Origin: Catajapyx aquilonaris
Lineage: Eukaryota
NCBI GenBank assembly: GCA_000934665.2
Contig: JYFJ02002385.1
Coordinates: 1 to 58,034 of the forward strand
Reading direction: 5' to 3'
Length of the DNA: 58,034 nucleotides
Shown: piece by piece, positions 37,105-49,811 of the stretch
How the letters are laid out: each line of letters begins with the position of its first letter
Position numbering within the stretch: the stretch's first letter is position 1
Position numbers and translations under genes: made by a program
Notes under the pieces: model-generated
Told to the model about the DNA's origin: nothing
Seen by the model: only the letters and a program-made list of their open reading frames with translations
Database searches by the model: none

Positions 37105-38885
37105 GTGCAGTGCTTTGACCTCTCTTGTGGGGTAAGTTGCACTGACTTGATTATTTTCCACATACGTAGTACTACAAGTACAGTATATCGCTCAAAAAGA
37201 TGGGAGACGATTTTGCACTGAAACCAAATGCAAAATAGGCTCCATCTTTTTGAGTGATATAGTAGCCTACTTGAGTACTTGGGAACCTTTTGCTAATTAC
37301 CTCTGTCTACGGGCAGAGGCAGTGGTTTGATTGGGAAGGAGCCAAAGCAAAGGGGTAGATGGGAGAGGAAGTGCAAGGTGCAACTCCAATATCTGGTATG
37401 AGTTCATTTTGTGAGTTCCCCTGGGTTGTTAGTCTCAAGGAATCCCTCAAGAAGCCAGAGATGACCCAATGCTGCACGAGATGAAAGGGGCTTGGGATCA
37501 CACGAAGGACCCTTCCTTCCATGAGCGCGTACGTTACTGCAGGGCTATGATGTCTCCTCCATACTTGCCAGTGTACTTTATACTTTTTGGTTGCAGCTCA
37601 TTGGAAATCAAATGATGCCTCTACATGAAGTCCTCTAGTTCATAGGAGTTCACCCTAAAAAGTCGTCAGAATCATTATGAAACACCCTGTGAATGTACTG
37701 TATACAGTTATACACAATGTAAGTTTGTTTTGGAGTCACCTTTTTAAAAGGGTAAACAAAGCCCAACAGTGACACGTGTGAGTAATCTCTTTTTACTGAT
37801 TTGTGAAAATAAACTTAATTTTGACTTTTTGTGTGTGTTTACTTGATTGTACGGTATTTGGTATAGCAAACAAAAAAAAAAACTCCACTTTTGGGAGGAC
37901 GTTGAGGAAACATATGCAGACCCTTAGACCTGGAGAGACAGGTTGCCGCATACTTAGGATGCACCCTGCCTACCCTTGTGGACCACTCTAAAACACATTG
38001 ATGCAATCCCCACTGCACAAATCAGCATAACCAACGCGTAGTGCCCTGCAGGCTGCTCTCTGATATGGCCTCCTCATCCCACGTATGTCAAGTGGGTTAG
38101 TGACATCACAGGAAGAATCCGAAGAATTGAGGTGAGATGCATGTAACGATACTAAGAGCTTGGTTGGAGGACGCTTGCTGTGGAGATAATAAAACAGGCT
38201 CACCCACAGGCTGTGCAAAGAAGGTTGTCCAAAGATGGGCCTGTGCAAGGACATGTCGGGTTGTTAGCACGTGGGAGGAGGAGGAGGGCACAAAGATGAC
38301 GTATGCACCTGCTTGTTCCCAGAACAGGCATTGTTAGTAGGCGGACCACACTACAACTAGTTGGAAGGACAGTGTTGTCAAAGAGTGTCTCATAAGTGAT
38401 ATCGTCCAATAGATGGTTTCAGAGTTGAACATGATGGACCAAAAGACATCTCAAATTCCTCTTGTTCTTGGGCGTGGTGAACCGGTTTCATGTGTCTGAA
38501 AAGGGCGTACACTTTTTTTCTCCTACCATTTTTACCTATCCCAAAATTTTACCACATTTAAATAAAATGGATATACGCCATGCAATTTTGAGGGTCATGA
38601 CCAATCTACTAATTTGGCATAATTTCAATACCACAATGCAGCGTTGGTGGGACCATACGTGGGATATGGCGTAGGATGCTGAAAGAATGTGGTTTAGCAC
38701 CATCCTAAACATTTGGCCAGAGAAAGTGGGCGTATAAAAAAGGAGGGCAACAGAAAAAATAAACGACCACGATTAGGAAGTAATCACCCGGTGACAATTA
38801 ATGGTCAGTCTGCTTACACAAAAGAAGCTGGGTCAGCTCCAAGAGGGCCCCAAAAGAAGTGGAACACCTCATTCGTAAATATTTT

Positions 38886-39500
38886 ACTAGAAAAATGTGA
38901 GCGAAGCGAAGGTTTTTCTAGTGGGCAGGCGAAATCACTCGCTTCTCTCCATTTTAGACTTTTTCGACAGAAAAAGTCTTATAGCACGGCTCTGTCTGTC
39001 TGTGGACATGTATCAGACAGAGCCGTGGTGTAAGACTTTTTTAAAAAAAAATCGGGTTCCGGGTTCGAGAGTTTTTTCCAGAAAAAAGTCTTATAGCACG
39101 GCTCTGTCTGTCTGTGGACAGGTATCAGACAGACAGAGCTAGACTTTTTATTTTATTTTCGGGTTCCGGGTTCACTCTCTCCGCCCGATCCGCCCCTTTC
39201 CCCTGGCTGCCCCCCTATTCCCACTACCTCTTTCCCCCACCACCCCTGAGTCTGCTCCTTCCTACTACCCCCTGATACCTGATACCTGTCCACAGACGGA
39301 CGGACGAACAGAGCCGTGCTATATGACTTTTTTAAAAATTTTCGGGTTCCGGGTTCACTCTATCCGCCCGATCCGCCCCTTTCCCCTGGCTGCCCCTATA
39401 CCCCTGTGCTCCCTCCTCCTACCCCCTGATACCTGATACCTGTCCACGGACGGACGGACGGACAGAGCCGTGCTATAAGACTTTTCGAATGAGAAAAGGT
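38886..39500. mobile_element. Helitron/Helentron-like non-autonomous element with internal direct and inverted blocks
   Basis: Terminal hairpin ACTAGAAAAA...gagcgaagcga...TTTTTCTAGT (38886-38922). The block aaaagtcttatagcacggctctgt...gtggaca-gtatcag occurs twice forward and twice inverted. Confidence 0.55.
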
Positions 39501-41858
39501 CGAAAAGATGGGTTCTCTAGGATACATTTTTAAATGGGGAAATTGCCGAAAATGAGTTATGGGTGGTTCCAGTCCCAGTCCCGTGACGGACGTTGGGGAC
39601 AATATCAGTATAAACATTAAAAAAGTCTACTCTAATCACGCTCACGTGATTTGCCAATCTCGTTTCTACTGTATTTAGTACATATTTTAGTATTATATGA
39701 CCAGAGGACTGTCTGGAGCCACCTGCTGCACCACCTCCTCCATAGTACCATCCTCCTCCTCCACATCTTCACCTTGCCCCGCCTGCTTTGGCCACCAGCC
39801 TGGCCTACATCTCAGTCCTTCTCTTCGGCCCAACTCGTACACACCACCAGTCGCGCCCTCAAGGTGTGGGTGCCAACTCCTGTGTTATTTTCGGATCGCG
39901 GAACATTTTCTTACATCGGAGTTGGAGGCATCAGTGGTGAGGAGAGAGGAGGACATATTCTTCTGTGGACCATCCCAGAGTGACACTTTGCCGAATTAGC
40001 AGGTAATGTCTACATTACATGTAGGCCTAATTAAACAATATGAACAGTGAACTTGGTCCATATAGTTAATTGCTGATACACATATGAAATACGTACTTAC
40101 TGATAGTATGACCGGCATTGTCTTCATACAATACAATACAAAATGGCATATTACGTAACTGGGTGTTGTAACGGCCTGAAAATGTGGATGATTTGCAGGG
40201 AAACTGGAGAGGCTGAGGAACCAAAATAATTCAGTGAGTCAAACGATATTTCAGAACTAGCACCATTATTGTGAGTAATAAGCATCTTTAAGTTGAAGTT
40301 CTGACCTAGTTTTTGGGAGTGACCAACAGAAAGGGAAAGGATACCCTTGAGGATTACGTAGGCCGGTTTTCATTGCCATTTTTGGGCAATATAGCCAGGT
40401 AATGGGACACGTGCCTATGACCTGAGGATGGCTCCAGTGACCTTGATAGCTAATTAGAATATTCACAGCTGAATGCTCTTTATAGAGTTAAGCCGGTGCT
40501 GCATCCGACCAAATCTGTACAAATGGTACAAACTGTGTCGAGGTAACTGGCAAGGTGAGACCTTGGAAACTCTAAACCTTGTGAAGGATAGTTTCGCCCT
40601 TATTTGGTCACTTATCAAATTCGTAAAACTGTGTTGCGAAATCCACTACCTGAATAATGACGACACAACTACACGTACCTCGGTACCTGTATGAATTAAC
40701 TGGAGATTTATCAAAGAGGTACGGGCGGCGGTGGGGCGAAGCCCAAGGGCTTCGCCCCATTCGCATATAATATTTGTACATAATTTTACGAGTCATTGCC
40801 CCCATGTCTATAAATAAGCCCATCGCTCACATGGAAAATGAGGAAGAGCTCCAGTTATTTTTTTAACCACCAGTTTTTCAACCAGTTAATCACAGTTCTA
40901 AAATAAACGCATGACCTGACGCCAGTGAGGGTGCCATTATCGGCTATTATGGGTACTGTATCGCATTTATGCAGCAGGATGCTGACTTCAACTTATGCAG
41001 AATAGTGTCAGCCATCTATTTCGAATACCATCATCTAATTCTGGCTATTCCAATGGCTATCTGGCAAAGCATACCCGGAATACTGATAAGGACTGGTGTG
41101 CGAAGTTGTTATGACAGTGACATGTTGCTGGTTGTGTCAAGGTGTTATGGGCATGGGGAAAAGTGTGAAATGATGATGTATTGTTGACAGAAGCTGTCAT
41201 GACATTTTTAAAACAGGTCCTTTTTTATATACTTCCCTGCTGAATTTTGATCAGAGTCACATACACCACAATAGACTTGACACAAATACCAGTAAATAGG
41301 TTACTCAAACTATAGGCCTATTTATTTATTCGAGCATGTTTTGAAAAAAGGGTTTGCCAAGTATCAAATGGGTCGTGGTAGTCTTTGGCACCTCTTGGAG
41401 CAGTACATGTAGGCCTTGCTTCCGGTTGGGTGAGGCTCAACTGCCCCCCTTTTTTTTTGCTACGTCCTCACCCTTGAGGTGACGTTTCATGGGTTACGAA
41501 CGTATGGGTGTGATGATGATGATGAGCCAAGAAGAGGAAACTCCTCCTCTGGTTAGGTAACTGATGCTCTTGAAAGTGGTTTAACTGGCACACGCACAGC
41601 CTATAAGTAGGCCTACGCATATTGTGTGTGTGGGTCTAGGGAAAAACAATCGTAGGATTAGAGGAGCTATTTATGGGACGTTTATTGGCTGGGCTTTGTA
41701 AGTTGAGATGTTTAGACAGTGTGTAAAAAAATGGCATTGTTGGTACACATTTTTTACAGGTTCAATACAGGCAATATCTGAGTAACTGCATAATTATCAG
41801 TTCAAAATATGTAACACAGCTGCTGATATTATTGCAATATTATGTCAATGGGAATGAA

Positions 41859-42296
41859 TACACCGGGTGTTTCCAAAAGTAACTTGTAAATTAATAATTC
41901 ATTTTAGCCATTTTGATAACTAGGACTTGATATGAACATAACACGATTTTTTCTCCAATGTACATATTATGAATAGAATGTCATGCTTGCAATCAGACAC
42001 CTGTTTTTCGTGTACCAATCCTTCCTCAATCATTTGTCTGGGTGACAAATAGCGGTATTGCAGGCGATGAACAAAACCAAATTGCAAGGTCATCCGGAGC
42101 TAAGTATACACTCTTTACAAGTGTTTTAATGGTAGACTAGAGCAGAAAGTATAGGTCTTCTTGACAAACACTGACAGTCCTAAGAGCTTGTTTTCCACAC
42201 TGTTGACTCTCCAACATACTCTGCATGGTATACACAGTTGTATCATTCACCAAAAGTCGAACCAGAAAAAGTGTCAATTTTAAAACACCGGTTATA
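41859..42296. mobile_element. Possible degenerate Tc1/mariner-type non-autonomous element
   Basis: Imperfect ends tacaccgggtgttt ... aaacaccggttata with flanking TA. Confidence 0.3.
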
Positions 42297-43348
42297 ACAA
42301 TGACGTCAGTTCGTTACGCAAGGTCATGAAATGAAGACATATAGGTTTTTACCGCGACATGATTGTGCACAGTGAGTGAGTACACCGACACATGTGTGTA
42401 GGTGTTTTCTACGGCGTAGGCACAGTATAGGATAGGATCATACTGGGCTGCTGCAAAGGGAGATGAAATTTTGGAACTTGTCCAGGTCAAAACCTGGATG
42501 GGACTCGACAAGTGATCCTAGGTAAATTTAGAAACGTTATGTTCTCAAGCAATGCTTTTTATTTTTTTGAGTGTCTGACCAGCAAATATGTATATAGACA
42601 GTTTTGAAAAAAATTTGCGGAAAATGTTAGCAAGTTGAAAATATTTTTTAAGGTTAGATTACGGTACTTTTAGTAGTTGGTTACTAAAAGGTTAAAATTT
42701 AAGTCAGTTTTGCGAAGTGGCTGTTTTTTTATTTCTTATTAATGTTCAGGGTAATTTGCTCATTTCAGTGTAGAAAAATTATACTGATTTTCATCAATAT
42801 TACTTGCTGAATAAAAATTGAAGCATAGACTCTAAATAAGGTTGTAATTCAAATTAGTAGTTTTGGGACATGCGAAAAAATCAGAACAATGTTTGACAGG
42901 TTACGGAATGCGTTAAGTTTCGTACTTACAGTTAGTGCAGCCAATGATATTAAAACAACTTATTTAGCAAATAACATATCTTAATGTGCTGACTGCACAG
43001 CAAAAACAAAATGGTGGGTCTCAGAAAACAGGTATTCTATAGGTCAGCAGAGTGCTATAGTCGCAGGAATAGACGTTACGTCGCACCAGTAAGAAAACAG
43101 AAAAATAGGGAACAAAAAAAACGCCAAAGTATACATTTCCGCATGTCATTTTCACAAATATTTGGCGAATAATATAATAAAATTCAAATCAAATTCTTTG
43201 AATATTTGAATAGAGCATGCCAGTATGCTAGATGAAATTGCACTATTTTGACAGTATGGGCATGGCATCTCTTGACTTTCAGGTGACAGGCTACTATGAT
43301 CCTGCAGAATTAGAAGGGCATATTAAGACAAATATTTAAACGTTCAGA

Positions 43349-46300
43349 ATGAGCTACACAACCACTGAAACGAAGACCGTGATAAAACGGAGCAGTCCAG
43401 AGTGGGACAATCGCCTTGGTAAGTTTAAGTGCACGTGCTGGCTGTGTTATGCAATGTCTTTTGGAAGTCTGTCCTCTTCATGCCTCCCACGTAAGACGGC
43501 GGATCGGATTTTCCCAAGGTCTTAGCCTTAGGGTTCCATTATCACATCGGCACATGACCACCTGAGCTGCATTTCTGACTCTCATGTGCTCGTAAATAAC
43601 ATTTTATGCGTGACACACATGATGTCACTAGAGACCACCATCTGCATACTCTAGTTCGGATGCGAGATGTAGGTTTGCTGCTGGGTATGACAAAATGACA
43701 CATACAGAAAAAGAGCATAAATATTTCTTTCAAAAAATATGCATGCATTTGAAATCTATAAGGCAAGTGTGCACCTTTTCAAAGTATGCCAACCATTATT
43801 ATGACCCTCACAAACAGCCTTCGACATTAGCAGCTGAACTACGTGACAGCTAGTGTAAACGTCACGCACATAACTCTTTATCCCACGCAGGCAATATTTG
43901 GTGCACTGCATGCAGCTTGAGGAATAGGGCCATAACTTTCACATTGATGAAGTGCTGATGGTTGTTGTTGACCATTGGGGGCAGACCTTTTTTGTGTCCA
44001 AATGCTGATCTGTACAGGCAAATATTCGAACTCAAATTCGCAACTTTTGGCACAAGCAAAAAAGTTGCAAAATATTTGGCACATGCAGCATTCCTATTTG
44101 TTCTTGACGACTAACTGCTAGGAAATGCTACGGAGTCTTATTTCTGTTAGCAAATTTCTCATGTCATTTGTCCACTGTCCATGTCAACAAAAAGTGCACG
44201 CAGCATTGCTCATTACCCTGCCTGCTGTGATGTCGCTTTATGCCTGACACCGTACCATCCAAAAGCCGGTACATGTGTGTAATAATTGTGTTAAGTTTCA
44301 CCCACTTGGACCACCCTGTAACACCCAATAAAACCTGTTGTATGCCCAGTGCACTGCATACCAATGAACAACTCGTAACATCATGAATACGCGATAATCA
44401 TGACGGGCACCCAGCCAGGCAAGGCAATCACTGTTCCATCATTTATTAAAGACCCGATGGCTAATGAGGTTCTTCCACTATGCAGACAGGCTTCTGGAAG
44501 ACCTCCAGAGAAGCGTGACACCACAGCCAGGAGACATGAGCGCCACAAGCACCAGAAGAGCCGAGTTCCAACAGTACCGGAGCAGCAGCAGCACTCTTCC
44601 AAGTCGGACCACGAGGGCCGTATCCGACAGCCCAAGAGCCGGAAGGGCCGGAGAGAGCCGTACAGTTGAGTTCCACACGTACAGCAACGGAGGACCACAG
44701 TCCACCGCAGATCGAGTCTCTTTCTTGACCCCTGCCAACACCACCACGGAGCTCAAAGAGACATCACCAAGTCTCTACTCATACGATGGGGTATGTAAAG
44801 TTCACACAATGTTGATTAGATCCCAGACGTCCTACGACGCGACGCTTGCGTTTCTACCGTGACCCCAAGAGCTATACCGCCGGAATAGTTCTTGGGGTCC
44901 GACGGGGTCCGACTTGGGGGTCCTACGCGACGGGGTCCGACTTGGAGGTCCGACGCGACGGGGTCCGACTTGGGGGTCCGACGCGACGGGGCGGGGTCCG
45001 ACTTGGGGGTCCGACGCGACGGGGTCCGACTTGGGTTCTCTTCTTTTTCCTCTTCGTTTCTGTCTTCATCTATTTATGTCTTCTGATAGCCAGATAGCCA
45101 GAGTTGCTTTGGCTTCTTCCTAATGGAACTTATTTAAATCCAATCCACCAGACACTGATGAACAGTTCGAAATATGGCGTAGGTCCTGTAGAAACATGCT
45201 CATGTTCCTGAAAGCTTCCTTCGTCGGCGCCTCCGTTCTGAATCAGCATCTATTTATAGCCTAAGTCTATTTAAAATGTCAGTCCACACAATAGTATAAC
45301 CTACGATTCAAGGGTGACCTCTTTCTCTCTACCACAAAAAAAAAATTGAAAATAAGATATTCAATACCTAAGGGCTTGTTGGGCGGAATGTGTAAATGTC
45401 ACGCGAATTGTAAATCTTTTTCAAGGGTAACCTGACCTGTTCTTTTGTTCGCAGAAAAGCTACAGCTCACAGCAATCACAGAGAAAGGTGACTACTTACA
45501 AGACGGTTACTCATGAAGCCCTGCCATCCACAACCACGGGTATGATCATTAGGATAATTAATTAATTAAATTGTTAAATGTCTTATATATGATGCAGTGG
45601 TCCACACCGAAACACGACCTGGCACCGGGACAGCTACCCAGTACACGACATCGTCGAGTGTGTCTCCACCCGATGCTCGGTACCAGCAGAATATCACCGA
45701 ACTTGATAGCCTCATCAACGATCTCAACAATGCACGAAAATTTGGGTATCAGGATACTCCCAAGAAAGGTGTATTTTTCAGCAATTTTGCATGCATAAAA
45801 GTATGCTTCTGAAGCTTGCTGGATAATAACACAGTATTAATTATTACAGAAACGACCGTGACTAGAGAAATTGTGGACGGCAAAGTCATCCCGTACTCTC
45901 AGACTACTACCATGTACGTACAGGCGGTACAGCTACAGTTTGCAGTTTAGACGTGAACTATTCATTTGCTTGTCTTTTGTGCAGGGAACCATTGAGTCAC
46001 AGCACACCACAGAGCCAGAAATACACTTCAAGTAGCTACAAGACATACCAGGGATATGCAACTAAATCAAGCAGTAGCACCACTGCTCCTCAGCTTGACA
46101 TACCAACGTAAGAGGCACATGCGTTCTTTATTTTAATGGTGGAACATGAGTTAATAACATGTCATTCATGCAGGTATGGACAGGGTCGTGGCAGATCCCC
46201 TGGACGTGAGACAATCACCACCACAACGAGGCACCTGCCGTACCCTGATCAAGTATTATCCATACCGGATGACCATACCACGAGTGAGTATTTTGCTGGG

Positions 46301-47961
46301 TGCACATAACGCACATTATTGATGGACTCTTCATGCAAGCAATCTGCTCTATCGACAACGACAGAGGTTAATGAAAAAAATTATTGTGTTCGCATGTCGC
46401 CTCAGGGGTCCTCACATTATTAGATTTACATGTTACAATATACTAATTGGCTCATAAACATGCTTTATTTCTTCTGAGTACATCCAAATATAGATTGCAA
46501 TAATAAAACTCTCTGACAACATATGTAATTTTGCAGGCTCAAGTCAAAGGACAATCAGGACATACTACTCTAGCGATCAACCAGCTGATTTGCCAGCTCC
46601 TAGGTCATACTCACCAGTTGGACGTCCACACTCACCGGTTGGTCGCCCACACTCACCGGTTGGTCGTCCGCACTCGCCTACTGGTCGCTCACAATCTCCA
46701 CCTGGATCACAGTCCATCACCACAGTCAAGAAGACATTCTATGTCACTGACATCCCTGGCGAAGGAGGCTCACCACGTCCTCAATCCCCCAGTCGCCCAG
46801 GGTCTCCTCCTGGATCCAGGACATCTTACTTCTCTCCAGATGGTCCGACCAAGACCTACTCTGTGGAGGGCCCTCCTGGGTCTCAAACAATCAGGACAGT
46901 TGAGACATACTACTCGTCAGATCAGCCGCAGCCACCGGAGAGGGCTCGGCCTCACTCACCGCTGCAGGTGGTGGCCAGACCACATTCTCCAGTGACTCCA
47001 CCTCCAGGCTCTACTACTGTAACCACAATCAAGACGTTCTACGGCAGTGAATATGTGCCGCCTGCTCCTCCTCCACCCCCTCCGCCTACCTATGTCACCA
47101 CCAACAAGACATACTACTCGTCATCATCTAGCAAACCCTTCCCTGGAGATATTGAACCCCTGCGAGTCTTGTACCAGCCTGGAGTGCAAGAACTACCACC
47201 ACCTCAGCCACAGCAACCATCGTACAGCCCGCAGCCACCATACAATCAGCATCCACCAGGCAGCACCGTGACCACTTATCGCTACACGACAAGCAATGGG
47301 CCCTCGTCCCCACCCTACGGTGGCCATTCTCCAACACCACCTTTCCCCACAGGAGGTCCAGGTGATGAACAGCAACCTCCCAAGAGACTGGATGACCTCA
47401 TGGCATCTTTTCCTGACGTGAGTAGACTGTAGAATTAGCTTGCAAAAGGGTTAGTGTTCATTTTAATCTGCCACTCTCATTTGTGTATGCTATCAGGATG
47501 GCTCTCGGCAGCCACTTCTACCCCAGGACTCGAGACGCCCACCTCCCGGACCTACCATAAACCACAGGACGGAGGTGAATGTGTATGAGGACAGGCTTAA
47601 GCTGCAGGAGAAGGAGAAGGAGAAAGCTAGAGAGAAGGAGAAGGAGCGTGTAAAGGATGGAGCTGCCAAAAGGGTCCCTACCAATAACGTTTCAGGGCCT
47701 CCTGTCTACTATCCTCCAGGAGAACTCTTCACTGGGACGATGCAAGAAGGAGGTGCTGCACAATCAGGGGTGAGCCACACTGCCACTTTGCACTCTTTTA
47801 CACCTAAACGATACGTTAATTGGAACTTTCTCTTTGTACAGGGCCGCATGAAGGAGTCTTACAAGTATAAGTCTGGCGCGAAAGAAAGCAAAAGTAGCGG
47901 AGGAGCAGTCGTCCCAATATGCCTTCCCTTGTGCTGTGCCATGCCCTGTGTCATATTGTAA
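43349..47961 (+). CDS. Pro/Ser/Thr-rich disordered protein with LD-like motifs and C-terminal CaaX (CVIL)
   Basis: Exons 43349-43418, 44486-44790, 45455-45539, 45598-45768, 45850-45913, 45985-46107, 46174-46283, 46537-47417, 47497-47769, 47842-47961, all GT-AG and phase-consistent. Optional 27-nt exon 46340-46366. Probable 5' UTR exon ending at 40002. Confidence 0.82.
44894..45035 (+). repeat. GC-rich intronic minisatellite (unit ~28 bp, ggggtccgacttgggggtccgacgcgac)
   Basis: About 5 imperfect units built on a ggggtccgac sub-repeat. Confidence 0.85.
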
Positions 47962-48602
47962 CATTTCAACTCTGCATTACTGAACCTCCCACCTTAATCT
48001 CCTAATTAACATGTGCCTTACTGTACTACCTGTTATGACCGTTTAGATACCACAGCATATTACTCCATACTAACAAACCAAACATGCATGTTACAGGTTG
48101 CTTGTCTGAAGAATAGACCTTAGGCCTTCAGTCGTGTGATTGAGATTACAGTAAGTAAATTGGCCTGATGGTTCTGGTATAACTGTGGCTGGGTGGAACT
48201 GACCTCACACAATAAAAAGCATTTGCTTAATTACTGACTGTTACGTAAAATCCTGTTATGACATTTTAGTAACATGTACTTTATAATGTTGAGAAGCATT
48301 AATTTAATTATTTTCCCCTTCCATATCACGATAATGGTCTGTCATTCGCAATCATACAATAGTACAGTAGAGTAACTTCTGTAAGCTTTGCTCGTTAGTA
48401 ACCAAAAACAAACAAACATGGATTTGAGAATAGCGTACTCCAACACTCTATTTTGCATTATTACGTACAAGAAACCTCTGGATGGAAAGAATACACTGTT
48501 ATGCACATTGTATCTGTGTCAATACAATAATAATCATATTTTACGCCTGACACTATCTGCAGTTGAACTTTTCTCTTACAAGTAAATAAAAATGAATTTA
48601 GT

Positions 48603-49811
48603 CTAATCCCACCAGAAACTAACTGAAAAACTGACAGAGAGAGACCTCACATAATGCCAGCATTTTGCAGGAATGTACAACATTTCCCCTTCTTTCAGTT
48701 CGCACTCCGTGTACTTAGCTTCGGCAAAATTAGGAAACACTTCCAAATCAGGAAACTCGACATCCACCTGACTTGTGTTAAAAAGCAGTGGACTATCATG
48801 TGGGTACAACTTTTCAGTCTCGGACTGAGAATACAAGCGAACATACTTTCTTCCTACGACTTGACTCAAAAAATTATGCTTCGGGTCATAATGAAGTGGA
48901 GAAATGGTACCTTGCGGTCCGAACCATGCGTTTATATCCACGACTTCATCCTGGCCCACACAGCAATACTCGGGGATGAAAATGTCCTCCTTCAATTCAG
49001 GAATCTGATCGAAGAGCTGGTGCTGAGCAAGGTAACCCTTCAGTTTTCCAGTGTCATTCATAAACTTGGCGATGAATTCATCCACCGTCATGAGGCTCTG
49101 AGTCCAACTGTCCTCTGTGTACTTGGATCCTATTTCAATGGGGACGGTTCTGCAGCCTGCAACTGTACTAAGGTACTCTACGCTCCATCGCCTATCACTC
49201 ATGGCCGGCCAGTGGTTCATGCAGTTCAGAATTTTCACTGGAACATCTGCTTGCAGATGGTTGACAATAAACTCCTCCAGTGTGGGACAGTCCAATTCCA
49301 ACATTGTCCTTTGCTTGTCCAGACTCACAGGAATGCATGTACTAGTTTCACTTGCAGCTATTCTCTGCTTCTTGACGTACAAGCCTGAATAATGTGTGCA
49401 TTTACTGGCCACTTTTTGAAGGATATTGTCAAGTACAGGAGCTCCAAGAAGCAAACCCATATCGCATGTTTTAATAACATCATCCAGAGCAGACTCAGTC
49501 CTGTTGCCGTGAAGCAAAGCAAAGACTTTGAAAAGTGATGCGTATGAATACAAGTGTCGCCACACAACAGGAACATCCTTCCAATGACCAATGTTTAAAT
49601 TTTCCCACGAATAATCGATGAGTGCCTGGGCATCCCACATCATGTCTTTGTAATCAGAACATTTTTCGGTCAAACTGTCCGTACACTTGTCAATTAGCTT
49701 CCAAACTGACTCATTAATGCAAGGATCTTTAAGAATGTCTAATTCAAGTCCATCTACATTAATTGGAATGATGCTAAGCACATCACATGGCCAAGTAATT
49801 TCTTCTGCCAT
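48603..49811 (-). CDS. KDM8: JmjC-domain protein KDM8/JMJD5, single coding exon
   Basis: GCRTVPIEIGSKYT, GYLAQHQLFDQIPEL, NAWFGPQGTISPLHYDP (HxD), WHYVRSLSVSFSVSFWW. Likely start is MAEEIT at 49811, just after a ctgcag acceptor. Confidence 0.93.
   Translation of the reverse strand: MAEEITWPCDVLSIIPINVDGLELDILKDPCINESVWKLIDKCTDSLTEKCSDYKDMMWDAQALIDYSWENLNIGHWKDVPVVWRHLYSYASLFKVFALLHGNRTESALDDVIKTCDMGLLLGAPVLDNILQKVASKCTHYSGLYVKKQRIAASETSTCIPVSLDKQRTMLELDCPTLEEFIVNHLQADVPVKILNCMNHWPAMSDRRWSVEYLSTVAGCRTVPIEIGSKYTEDSWTQSLMTVDEFIAKFMNDTGKLKGYLAQHQLFDQIPELKEDIFIPEYCCVGQDEVVDINAWFGPQGTISPLHYDPKHNFLSQVVGRKYVRLYSQSETEKLYPHDSPLLFNTSQVDVEFPDLEVFPNFAEAKYTECELKEGEMLYIPAKCWHYVRSLSVSFSVSFWWD

Noticed and set aside
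36975..37163. Poly-Tyr ORF
   Set aside because: Translation of the (AAT)n microsatellite.
48654..49388. 244-aa plus-strand ORF, and similar ORFs opposite FBXL and NOC2L
   Set aside because: Antisense shadows of conserved genes with no recognisable motifs.
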